From: Azolla caroliniana
Taxonomy: Eukaryota; Plantae; Polypodiophyta
NCBI GenBank assembly: GCA_043228905.1
Contig: JBHGNT010000004.1
Location: 25,792,001 to 25,856,000 of the forward strand
Direction of reading: 5' to 3'
Length of the DNA: 64,000 nucleotides
The translations under genes were made by a program, and so were the position numbers. A model generated the notes under the pieces. It did not search any database, was not told the DNA's origin, and saw only the letters and a program-made list of their open reading frames with translations. This document shows positions 23,966-36,082 of this stretch, piece by piece. Within the stretch, counting starts at the first letter, position 1. Each line of letters opens with the position of its first letter.

Positions 23966-25813
23966 AGAACCACCCCAATGACTCCTGATATTCAGGTGGT
24001 GTTACCATGTGCCTGTATGTGTCAGCCCAGACATACAAACAAAGGATCCAAAAAAGGTATGTCTGCGAGCAATATTTTCCTTACAATGTCATTGAATATT
24101 ATCCTGTTACATACCATGGAACCGCTCTATGATGTTCACTTGATGAGGTTTGTGCATGTATGATAGGCAAATAAATTAGATTGAAGAAGGGCCAAAACTG
24201 GTATGTATGCAAGCCTTACTTGCAATTTAGTGTTATCTTGTTGCATACCGTAGACGCACTTCAAATCCTTCTCATATTCGCCTGATTAGACATGTGGTTA
24301 CATGTACTATGGCGGAATTCTAGACGTATACACTAAAATAAAGAAGCTCACTGAAAATATCCTTTTTTGCTTTATAAGGGGAGCCAAACGTGGCATCTCT
24401 GCAGGCAAACTACTCTCTCTCGATGCAATCCTGCTGCATTGCACATCATACAAAGGACTCCAAACTCTTCTCATATCTACCCCATACGCAATTCAAAGCT
24501 TTCTCAATGGTTAATGAGGCTCACTGAACTTGTCTTTTTTGCTCATGCGATGACCCAAAAAGAGCAGGTATGCAAGCAGAATGCCTTCCTGATGTGTACC
24601 ATAAAAGTATTCCAAGGTCTTCTCCTAACCACCTGATGAGACATGCGGATGTATGATGGCATCCCTGACATATAAATTTGGTTTAACAAGCTCAATAAAC
24701 ATGTTCTTTTTTCCTTCATGTAAGGACATAAAAGGAGCGTGATGTGCAAGCAAGATGAACCATAAAAACATTAGGTCAAAGAAGGACATTGAACGCGCCC
24801 TTCCTTTGCTTCATTCTAAGGACACAAAGGTAACTCATTTCTGTAAGAAACATGCCCAATCCATACACATAGAATTAGGTCAAACAAGCTCAGGAAACTG
24901 GATCTCTTTTGCTTCATGTAAGGAAAGCAAAGTGTGGCGATTTCTACAAGCAGCCATGATTCCTTTCTGTGTCCCTTCGAGGGCTATCAAGCTAGTGATG
25001 ACCACAGGCAGTAATTCTTGATAAAGTGATGCATATTTAGAGATAAAGAAACTCCTTTTTCAGTATTGGTATGAGATCAACGGGATTTACCGACCTGATG
25101 GGGGGGATTCTTCGTGAGACATAGTTCCTCCTCCTGTCCTGGGCAGAGCCGCCTTCATTTCTTTAGCTTTGGAATTGAACAGTTTTTCTTTGTAGATATG
25201 TATACATTACTATTTGGATTGGACAGTTCTTCTAAGGCTCTCTCATTCATCATCCCCCTCTTTGTCTTGGAAGATATGGTCACTTCACTTCACTTCATTG
25301 TTGAAAATGTGGGGCAAACCAATCTCTAACTATTGAAGCATTTACACTAGAGACTCGTACAGAAACTCTCCCTCACAAACTTGTTCGGAGCAAAAAAAAT
25401 GTACATTGTTTGTGAGTCGTTTTCCCGATGTCCCAACACTTCAATGTGAGGCAGAACTCGATAAGGAATAAAGAGAAATGTACAAAGTGTCAATCAAACA
25501 CAAGTGCTTCAAAGCGTCAAATATAAAGAGTGTCAATTGTTAAGATAAAGAGCTCAACCACCCACACCTACCTTATGTACATATGGACATTGGAGACACA
25601 CACACACACACACCCCTTGGGCCATGGGTGTGTTAAAACCAACCATTCACTTAATGAATGGGAGATACCTTTCCATTGAATGAAGTAAATATCTTAAATA
25701 CTCGACATTACTATATTGTTCCTAACTTCTATGTGTACTTGCATAAAAGTTCTATGTAAACCCAAGTCCCTTCTCTTGTATAAAGTGTTCTCTATTGTTC
25801 CATATCAATATTT

Positions 25814-25815
<2 letters not shown>

Positions 25816-25859
<44 letters not shown>

Positions 25860-25873
25860 GCACGCACACACAC
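25816..25873. repeat. (CT)n(CA)n compound microsatellite
   Basis: Read directly from the sequence. Confidence 0.9.
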
Positions 25874-28439
25874 GCATTTGGTCTTATGGGCAATTTTGGC
25901 CTCTTAAAATACATTCAACTCTCATATATCGCAATAGGTCTCATGTGGATGTTAAAAATATATCTCTCACATGCAATTACTAATGAAATTCTAAGCCAAG
26001 GGCCATTACAATGGGCATTGCAACTACTAATCACCAAATATAGCCATATCCATGAGGTACATATATGAAACCTACTACGCAATATCGTAAAGACCACGAC
26101 TTGCTTCCATGCCTCTAAAATAATAGTTGTGAGGATGTGGGCACCTTTGTCGATAGAGTGTTAATATGTTTTCTATACTTGGGGTGGTTTCTATTTCATT
26201 GATACTAAAATCCTTTGCTAAAAGTGCACTATTTGTTGAACCATAATACATTTTGAGCATTTAAATGATCAATGACCATCAATAACATGACATACCAACC
26301 TTCTTCGTAGTATAACAATTAACTCTACCCAATGTTCTGTTCTTATGCACAAACCTTTTATGGGTTCTTGTGAACCTCGACAAATGAAATGTCAACGCTG
26401 TTTACCTTTTCTAGGTTGGCAGAAAACTATTGTTTCTTAGAAACCATGGGGTCACCGCAACAAAATGATGGGAATTGTCTATAGTTCCATGTGACGGTCC
26501 TACTCTACTTTGTCTACACGATGGGAACGTGTAAGTTGTTATGAGTCAACTCCATGAGATAAGGCAATTCAAGAGTTTATGTACACAATGGTTAATAATG
26601 AGAGCTTCACTCATAGGGAGCAAGTCACATTACAACTCCATATGGTAGACACAATTACAAGTGTTCGCAAGATGTCTCAACGCGATAAGAATGAGTCATG
26701 GGTGAGTGATTGTTCGTGCCTACTTGAAAGAGCTTTTATGTAAAATTATTTGAAGGTACACTAAAAAATCTAAAATATGCCTATATTTCCTACCCATATG
26801 ACTATATTGTCCTAGAGAAGATATTTGCAACCCTTGATTATTAATGTTGATCAATAGTTATACAATATACTTAATAAGGCACAACTAAATAGATGCTTGA
26901 CTTATACAAGACTCGATCACAATCTCAGCACTTCATTGAAGAGCAACAAGGTGAGAAATCACGACACCGCCAAGCTTCCATGAAGCCTACACTAAAGTCA
27001 ATCAAGTTGTGTGGAATCAATGAACATCATTGGGCTTTGCATTCTCTTTGGAAAAACGATGTTGTCTCCTAGAGTAGCAAAAGGCACAACGACAAAGTTT
27101 ACATGTGCAACATTGCAAAGTGGTGTGGATCAAGAGGATCCTCGACGATGGTAGCATCCCAAATGGTGGCTTGGTACATTCTACTACGATTAACCTTTGT
27201 TGCATTGAACTAGCATGAAACTCGGTGTCCCATGTGCTCATGAAGCAGATTGAAGAGCATTACCACTACACATGAGAGTGTATCATAACTAGAAATGTTG
27301 ATTTCCAACATATCTTAATCGACTGACAAGTAACATATTTATTTATCAAGTGGCTCAATCAAATCCTTGTTTAATCTTAGTGATATCCAAATAGCACAAT
27401 TTTGGGTGTTCCACGTGTGCATGAAGCATGTTGAGGTGCATTACTACTACATTTGAGGGTGTATCATGTCTAGAGACGTTAATTTCCAACATATCCAGGA
27501 TTGACTGATAAATGACAAAATTATTAACCAATGCATTTAAACACATTTTGAATCATGGTTTCCCCAAAGGGGCTAATGTGACTCATACTTTGGAAAGTTG
27601 CAATTCCAATGATCACTATGAAATTCTAAGGGGTTGTCTTCCTTGCAATGGCCTCGATGGCAAAGATCATGTCATACTTGAGCACATAAAAGTACTTACC
27701 TCTCCCTCTATGCAATTGTGGAAGCATCAATTGTTTCTTAAGTTAAACTGTCATTAATCCATACCAAATTGATACACAAAATACGAAACATGCTTGTCAT
27801 GATTAAATAAATAGTTACTAGATAAGAAACATGTGAGGTATCTCAACTAAATAGATAAATGGCCAAGTCAAAAAACATATATATCTCAATTTATTAAAAA
27901 AATCTACATGGACGAAAATGGCTCTTAGTGGAGACAAAGGGGAGAGAATGGTGACCAAAAGGTAGCACCCAATGGCCCCTTTTACACGACAGCTTTTGCT
28001 TTTTTTTGCAAGTGGAAACCATAAAAGGGTCTGTTTTAGATTACAATTCCACTGCCACCTAATAAAAGGGTATCTTAATCTATTTATTCTCATAGAAATA
28101 TATTTTCTAGTTCTTTACATTATAGACCAAAATAAGAGCTACATGGTTATGCTAGAGATTATTGTCGAATCACAATGGTGTGACAACATTAAGATTGTCC
28201 CTAATAATTATTATATTTTAGATGATAACATAATGGCTAGAGTTTTAACTTGTACATCCAAATTGTCGTGGGTCTAAGTTCCCTAAAACCTACAACATTC
28301 TGGATGTTTATCCCTAAGTTATGACATAATGGATATAATTCATGATAATAAAGCATGTTAATGATTTTATCATTAGCATTGACTTTTATAAGGATGTTTG
28401 TTGATTGTTCAACAAACTTGGCAAGGTTGTCAACTAAAA

Positions 28440-28900
28440 ACACATTCATAACTCAATAATTGACTTACATGTTCGTTGGAATAAATGAAAACCACTTTAA
28501 GAATGATTTCTTTGGATCATCCTCGGTTCAATGGTCAAACTAAACAAATCAATCAATTTGATGAGGATACGATTCAAGTATATGTCACAAAGAAGCCTAG
28601 AAAATGGGATCCATATCTCCCTTTTATTAGAGTTTGCATATGATAACACTAGGCATACATGGATGGGATACAATCATTTCACGTTAATGTATGAATTTTA
28701 AACGTCAATACTTAATCGATGTTAAATGTCATCAAGATGAATTAAAGACCATGCAAGTTTTTCCAAGGATATATAAGAAATGTTACAAAAATGCGCAATA
28801 TATTGTTAATAGTGATCAATATAGAGCAATTATGGGTTTTGACGACAATATATTAATAATTAAAGATTTTCAACTCACCAAGATTAATCTTACGAGCCTA
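28440..28900 (+). mobile_element. Degenerate Ty3/gypsy integrase fragment within a larger TE-relic zone (about 26300-29400)
   Basis: Reads HPRFNGQTKQINQ...VYVTKKPRKWDPYLP/LLEFAYDNTRH, resembling the HPQTDGQTERxNQ...WxxxLPxxEFAYN consensus; frameshifted. Confidence 0.75.
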
Positions 28901-30399
28901 TTCTCAAACTAAACAAAAGCGAGGGTTAAAGTTTAAATGGTTCGATTGAACTATACCACGAAGCCACTTGTGAGAAAGAGCACATTCTTGAATCTACCTT
29001 CCACGATTATGATATTTCATTGCAAAGGTGCAATGTTTTTTATATATGGAAGTATGATAAGTGCATAGTCATATCAATATGTATTGCGAATCAATTCTAA
29101 TTGTTTAAGGGTAGGATAAGTGGACAATTGATTGTCCTAGGACTTGGGGACCTGTGGAACTCGGGAGAGTCTAGGAGTTAGTGTCAACTATATATCTAGA
29201 GGAAATCGATTATCTTAGAACTCAAGACAAACCCATAAGTGCCGAGGACAAATGAAATCATGTGGCGGCATGGAAGCCTAAGAATTAAACTATATATAAA
29301 GGGAACTAACAAGACATTTAAAACGCATAGTTGAGACATAGCCATCGAGGCAAAAATATGTCATGTATTCGAATCCATTGATTGACTTGTCTTCCAAGGC
29401 AACTAAGGCCTTATTTTATGGTATGGGAAGGCTGATGGAGTTTGAGATGTGGCTCTTGTCCTTGCCTCAAGGGTGTCTAATGTAGTTAAGCGCCCAAATT
29501 CTTTCCTTAATCGTGCATCATTGCAACAATATGGTGATTGATATTCACACACACAAACATGCATATGCATATAGCTACACACACACACACACAATGTACA
29601 TTATACATCACATGTATGTATACGTACGAGTAAACGATATACGTCATACAAGTGATGATAACGGAGATAAATATCAGAAACACTTTATAAAGTGAAAGTG
29701 GTGAGATGGATGGATATATATTTATAAAGGGGCATAGCTTCCAAGATGCAATGCACATACAAAGGAAGTCACAACAACACACATACAAATATAGATAGCG
29801 AGATATGAATACAGATACATGCGAGGGCACAGATACACGATCCACGGAACACATGGAGGCGGCGAGACACAGGAATGCATGGGGAGAGAGGCGCACACAC
29901 ACATAGTGAAGGAAGGATTAAGAGACTATGGATAAATAGATAGATAGATAGATGGATAGGCACATTGATAGATAGATAGATACATAGTTAGATACCCAAA
30001 GGAGGACCAAGTCTATAGGGGGGGGAGGTCTCCCAACATAAAAAAACCAGGTTTTCTTGGGTACTAGTTTCCTAAAGGGAAAGAGAGAGAGAGAAAGAAA
30101 TGCCCACAGACACACCCACATGTGTATATATATACACATATGTAACACATATGTACATTATACATACATACATACATTAAGTTATATAACACATAAATAG
30201 GATACATTACATAAGTTATAAAATACATCCCATTTCCTACCCTGTCTGTCTGTCTGTCTGTCTGTCTGTTCCATGGCTTTCTAGGGTTTGTGTCTTTGTA
30301 GATTTATTTTGTGCTTCTCTTTCTCTGTCTCTCTGTTCCCACAAGAACCCCTATTCTCCTCCCATTATTATTATGTTTCATCCTTCAAACGAACAAATC

Positions 30400-31804
30400 A
30401 CTCTCCCGTTTCTCCAATTACCCTAATTCCTGTTTCCTGTTTCCTGTTCCCTGTTCCTCCTCCCTCCTCCACATATATATTCATCACTCCCAAAACCCTA
30501 ACCCTTCTTGCTTCTTCTCTCTATTTCTTTAATTTTACATGGATTAGCATAACCCTAATCTTTGTTTCTTCTCTATATATTCCCACCCTTCTTCATACAC
30601 GAAAAAAACCCTATGATCCAAACTGTTTCTTCTCCGTTTCCATCCCCAACCCTAATCTTGTTTCTTCTCTTTTTTCTAGTCATACACGGAAAGCCCGCCC
30701 TACTTCTGTTCTGTTTCTGCTCTATCATGCACCATAAACCCTAAACTGTTTCGCGTGTCTCTATATTTCTACAGTTATACATCGGAAGACCTAATCTGTT
30801 TCTTTTCTATATTACTCTTACCCTCCTCTTTCATCCTAATACACGAAAACCTAATCCATTGTTCGATCACATTCGTCTGTTTACACTCTCATGCGCAAAC
30901 GGCCCTATCCTGTTTATTCTCTCCATCAACAGAGGGGAAAACTGTAATATCTTGTGCTTCTTTTCTTGTAACAATACAGGGAAAACCCTGATTAACTCTA
31001 TCTCTCTGTCTTTTCTTCTTCCCGAATACAGGGAAAACCCAAAGCCCCCTTTTTTTTCTGTTTCTTGGCTTGATACAAGGAAAACTCTAAATCTAATATA
31101 TATGTCGTCCTATTTTCCTCTTCTTTTACCCTAATATATACAAAACTCCAATTCTCTACTCCTTTATTATGTTATCCTTGAACAGAGAAACCCTAATGTG
31201 AATGCCTATTTTCTTAGACTAACCCTAATAAGTTTTCCTCCATATCCCACATCTTTTACTCTGGAAGTAGAATAATAATATAATCAATTTGCTGCATTTT
31301 CTTACACTAATGCACAGTAATATACAATAAACCCTTCACAGCTTCTTATCCGCTACCATCTTCTTTAACTTGAAACAAGAAAAACAATCTATTCTATTTT
31401 CCTCTTCTTTTTACCCTTATACGAATACATGAAATAGACCGTAGTGTGTTTCTTTTCTTCATTTTTACTCTAATTCACCGGGAAAACCCCAAATTTCCTC
31501 TTTCTTCTCTATCCCCTTTTCTCCCTAATACAGAGAAACCCTATTCTGTTTCTTCCTCCTTTCAATAATATATAGGAACCTTAATCTGTTTCTTTCACCT
31601 TATAGTAATACTCACAGGCCAATCTCCTCCCTTCTCCATTTCCCTTTTATTTTTGCCTGCAGATAGCAAAAGTTGAATTAGTAAAATATAGACAGGAAAA
31701 GTAACCCTAATAGAAAAGAGGGGAAAAAAATCTAATATACCAAGAAAATCCTAAGAGCTAGTTTCTTGTTTTTCTTTTGTTTTCTGTTGACCCATAAACC
31801 CTAA
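30400..31804 (+). repeat. Degenerate telo-box (AAACCCTAA) array upstream of the RING gene, probably largely a 5'UTR intron
   Basis: About 20 CCCTAA-type motifs in a loose unit of about 45-55 bp (ATACAGGGAAAACCCTAATCTGTTTCTTCTC-like). Candidate acceptor TTTTTGCCTGCAG ends at about 31662. Confidence 0.7.
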
Positions 31805-34800
31805 ATGGGCGAGAGATCATGGACATGTCGATCATGCACCTATTTCAACAACAACGAGGGGTCAGGATCAGGGTCGATGCTCCATTCCAGGAGATGTGAA
31901 ATGTGTGATTCCGAGGAGAGACACCTCATCACTCCTCATCACCATCACCATCACCATCCATCTTTCCTTTATCGTCAGCATCCTCACCCTCACAGGACCA
32001 CACTCTCTGCGAGAACCCTCCACAATCTCACAAACATCAATGGGACCTCGTCCTCCTTCTCCTTATCTACCTGTACACTTCCAAGGATATTTGCTGGTGC
32101 CCTTTCGGGTGCCGTCACTGGTATGTTTGCAGTCGGTATGTGCCTCTTCTCTCAGCTTCTCTTCTTTGCCTTATCTTTTTTTTTTCTCTTAACTGTAATT
32201 CACATTTCTCTCATCGTGTGAAGTTCAAATTGTTGCCACTTTCCCATTGACATCTATGCCTTCAACATACATTGCACGGCATTCGACACCTATATACTTG
32301 TGAATATGTGTTTGCTAATATCGGTTTCTCTATGATCATATTTGTTTAATTTGATACGTTTCTTCTTGAATTTCCATGTTTTCAACATCCTTTGTAATGT
32401 ATATTTTCCGTTAATAGTTTTCCTGCTATGCGGTTCAGTATGAACCAGTCTAATGCATTGCCATGTATATATAACCTCTTTGTTCAAATCAAGACTGTAA
32501 ATTCTCTGGTTTCCATGTCTTAAAGTATGAAGGCAGTATGAATTGCATTGCATTTGCTAGTAATGGGTATGCCTGCTATTCCAAGTGTTTCAAAGTATAC
32601 ATGAACATATATAGCCACATGCGTCATAGATTTTTCCCATCACATTGAACAAATGTTTTCAAATTGGAACCAGTTCTTTACAGGATTCTATGTATTAAAG
32701 GTTTATACACATGCACACACTTATAATGGGCTTGACTACTATATGCCAAGTATATGCTACATAATATATATACATGTGTGTATCATGTTGCAATGCGCTA
32801 ACAATGCATCATGATCATGCATTGTCTGATGAATCTGAATTGGTTTATGCGATGTGCTATTGATGCATCATGATCTTGCATTTGCTGATGAACTTGAATG
32901 TTGCAATGTGCTAATGATGCATCATGATCATGCATTTGCTAATAACCCTGAATGTGTTTATGCATCATGATTCAATGTGCTAGTGATGCATCATAAGCAT
33001 GCATTTGCTGATGAACCTGAATCTGTTTATGCATCATGTTGCAACATACTAATGATGCATCATGATCATCCATTCGCTAATGACCCTGAATGTGTTTATT
33101 TGTCATGATGCAATGTGCAATGTGCTACTGATGCATCATTAGCATGCATTTGCTTATGAACCTGAAAGTGTTTATGCATCATGTCACAATGCGTGAATGA
33201 TGCATCTTGCATTTGTTTATAATGGCTTTTTATTATGCATTGTGATGCATTTGGTAATACCGTGTTTTCTTGCTATACAAATGATTGGTCAAATTTGGGG
33301 TCCTATGTTTTCAGCATGTCATACACAGATACAGCAATCCCCTTCATTTTTACTAGTTACTATTTGATTGAGTTTATGTATGCATACATCATGTTGCAAG
33401 GCTTTAATAATAATAATCATAGGCTTTCTTGCTAGTATTTACGATTAATGAAATTGGGGCCCCTTGGTTTTCACTAGTTTCTCTAGTTACTATTTGATTG
33501 AGTTTATGTATGCATACATCATGTTGCAAGGCTTTAATTATATTAATTGTAGGCTTTCTTGCTAGTATTTATGATTAATCAAATTGGGGCTCCTTGGTTT
33601 TCACTATTTTCAATGTCGGTAAATAGAGGTACAACATCAAGTTGGATATGCAATTATGACTTTGCTAATAACAGGTGTTCCTCATAGGGCTTTTATATGA
33701 TTGATGCAAGGGTTTACTAATTTCAATTTTGTCCTTCTTCTGTTCCAAATTCGTGGATACAACAGTGGGAGCATTCACGGGGGCAGTTACTGGGGCTTTA
33801 GCTGGCCGAGCAACAGAAAGCGGTTTGCTGAGAGGAGCTGGTTTAGGTGCAGTTGCTGGTGCAGTACTTTCTGTTGAACTTTTAGAAGCTTCACGAGCCT
33901 ATTGGTACTCAGAGCGTTCACCTTCAGTGGTACATCTCTAGCTCTATGATGTTAAAATGGCTACACAGAGATATATTCTTTCATGAGGTTATCTGTGAAA
34001 TACTAAAATTTGAAAGAACTTCATTCTTTCAATGAAAGTCTTCGTTTTTGTGGGTTTTATTCATTAAAAATGTCTGGTGAATTTTTTTAATCACTTTTTT
34101 TATATTCATCTTTTTTGGGGCTTCTAGCTATTAACAAGAGATACTTTTTTTGTGGACTAATAGATTGTTTGGGTTTCAGGCAGAATTTATCGAGGATTTC
34201 CTGAATGGGAGGTTTATTCAAGACCAAGTTGCTCCTTCCACACTAAATGCAAATCATTGGCAGGTGCTTCATTTCTGTTGTTTCTCTATAGAGTATGCCT
34301 AAGTTACTATGAGATGGTTTGAAATACTTTATATTAACCTTCATAAATTCAAGTGCCTCTTGAATAATAGACTAGCTACCCTATGCGTATCTAATTTTAT
34401 AACTTACTTTTAGCCTATGAACTGTTTGAAACTGTTGTCTTAATCCTACAGTAGAGGGCTAGCATTTATTCAGAGGATTAGTTCGGGATTTGGATTCTCT
34501 GATTTTGATGTCTTCACTAATTCATTAAGGAGTACTCACTTTGGAATAACTGCCTAGAAGTCGGGGGTTTTAATCGAATGCCTTGACGAGTGATACATAC
34601 GTGATTTGTTAGGACCAATGAATCTGTATTTCAGTTTTGAATAACTACCAAGAAGTTTGGGTTAGGACCAATGAATCTGTATTTCAGTTTTGAATAACTG
34701 CCAGGAAGTTTGGGTCTTCAGTTGAGAACCTCCACTGGTAATTTGCAGGCTATTAGGATCAAATTCCAATGCATCTTGGCTCACAAAAAATAATTAATGA

Positions 34801-36082
34801 GTAAGTAAAAACAAATTAGAGTGAAGTTAATGGAAGAGTAGGCAAGAGATCTACTCCACACCCATCGGATTACCATGGCAATGGAGCAACAGATGCATAC
34901 CTTATGGCGTGCATGTTCAAGAGATGTACCCTTGGTAAAAGATATGGGAAGTTAATCATAGGTATGTCCATACTATAGCCATTGATAGATACTGGATGAC
35001 TGAGTGATCATCCACATGGCCATGGGTCTCTCAGTGATCTGATTCTCAATTAATGTAATGTTATGAAGTTGCAGGTTGTGTATGCATAAACATATGCTGA
35101 CCTTAGTTTAGTCTTATGAAGTCTGACTAGACACTGTTTCTGCTCCATGGATTGAGATTTGGAAAACAATGTGCATGGTGAGGTATGAACTTCATAAGGA
35201 TTTGGAAGTTTCAATTTTGGTAAGAGTGATGGGTCTCCTCAATTCGCTGTATATATATACAGAATAGTAACTTGTGGGTTGAATACATTGATGTCTGGCG
35301 ATTTTGATTTATTAATAAGCTGGTTGCAACTTTCTCAAGCTTGACATTGTAGTTAGAATTGATATGTGCGCCTATCTTGTACTAAACGGCAAGAAAAGTG
35401 ATTTGTAATGGCATTCACCTTCTCTACTTTTGTTTTCGGTTAGGTAAATATAGCAGAAATGAGTTATGAAGATTTGTATGAGATGTTTGGACCTGGGGAA
35501 GGCAGGATGAAGGGAGCTTCAGAAGCATGCATATCGGAACTACCATGGTTCATGGTTTCAGAAGCTAACTCAATGGACATGCATGGGGAGAAAGTTTCAT
35601 GTACGATCTGTTTACAGGTCAGTTATATAGCCAGCCAATTGATGACAGTGTATCTCACTGGGTTTCCTTTTGTTTTGAATGTGTCTGAGGTCAATATATG
35701 CATGTAAGCATCATGTGCGTATAATGCATTATCTCGTTTGTTTTATATTGGAATCAATTAATTTGGTCCAGGTTTTCCTTTGTTTCAAAACTATATATAT
35801 TAAGCTATGATATGTAGCATTTGTTTAGGAGTTTCAATATAGACTGCATGCTAATTTGGGTGTATATACTGGTTATGTTTTCCTTTGTTTTGATGTGATT
35901 TAGAACTATAATTCTTCCCCATGATGAACCGAAGCCTCTCCCTGTGGTCATGTATGCAGGAGCTACAGCTTGGAGAGATGGCTCGAAGATTGCCTCTCTG
36001 TCAGCATGTATTTCATATGTCATGTGTAGATAAATGGCTTTCAAGGCATGGTTCATGTCCTATATGCAGGAAAGACATTTGA
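31805..36082 (+). CDS. NEP1-interacting protein-like (ATL24/At1g74410-type) membrane RING-H2 E3 ligase with an N-terminal RanBP2/NZF zinc finger
   Basis: Five exons: 31805-32135, 33766-33929, 34180-34263, 35444-35617, 35960-36082. Gly/Ala-rich hydrophobic segments ([51 protein letters not shown]). C-terminal CTICLQ...[27 protein letters not shown] (C3H2C3). Confidence 0.92.
32785..33215. repeat. Palindrome-rich minisatellite (units of about 50-70 bp, about 6-7 copies) in RING gene intron 1
   Basis: Recurrent GCAATGTGCTAATGATGCATCATGATCATGCATTTGCTGATGAACCTGAATGTGTTTATGCATC. Confidence 0.85.
33353..33605. repeat. 130-bp tandem duplication
   Basis: CTAGTTACTATTTGATTGAG...CCTTGGTTTTCACTA starts at 33353 and at 33483. 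Confidence 0.9.
34609..34714. repeat. 53-bp tandem duplication
   Basis: Two copies of TTAGGACCAATGAATCTGTATTTCAGTTTTGAATAACT...AAGTTTGGG. Confidence 0.88.

Noticed and set aside
29403-31134. Cluster of short Cys/Val- or Phe/Leu/Ser-rich ORFs
   Set aside because: They are translations of (CA)n, (GATA)n and pyrimidine-rich repeats.
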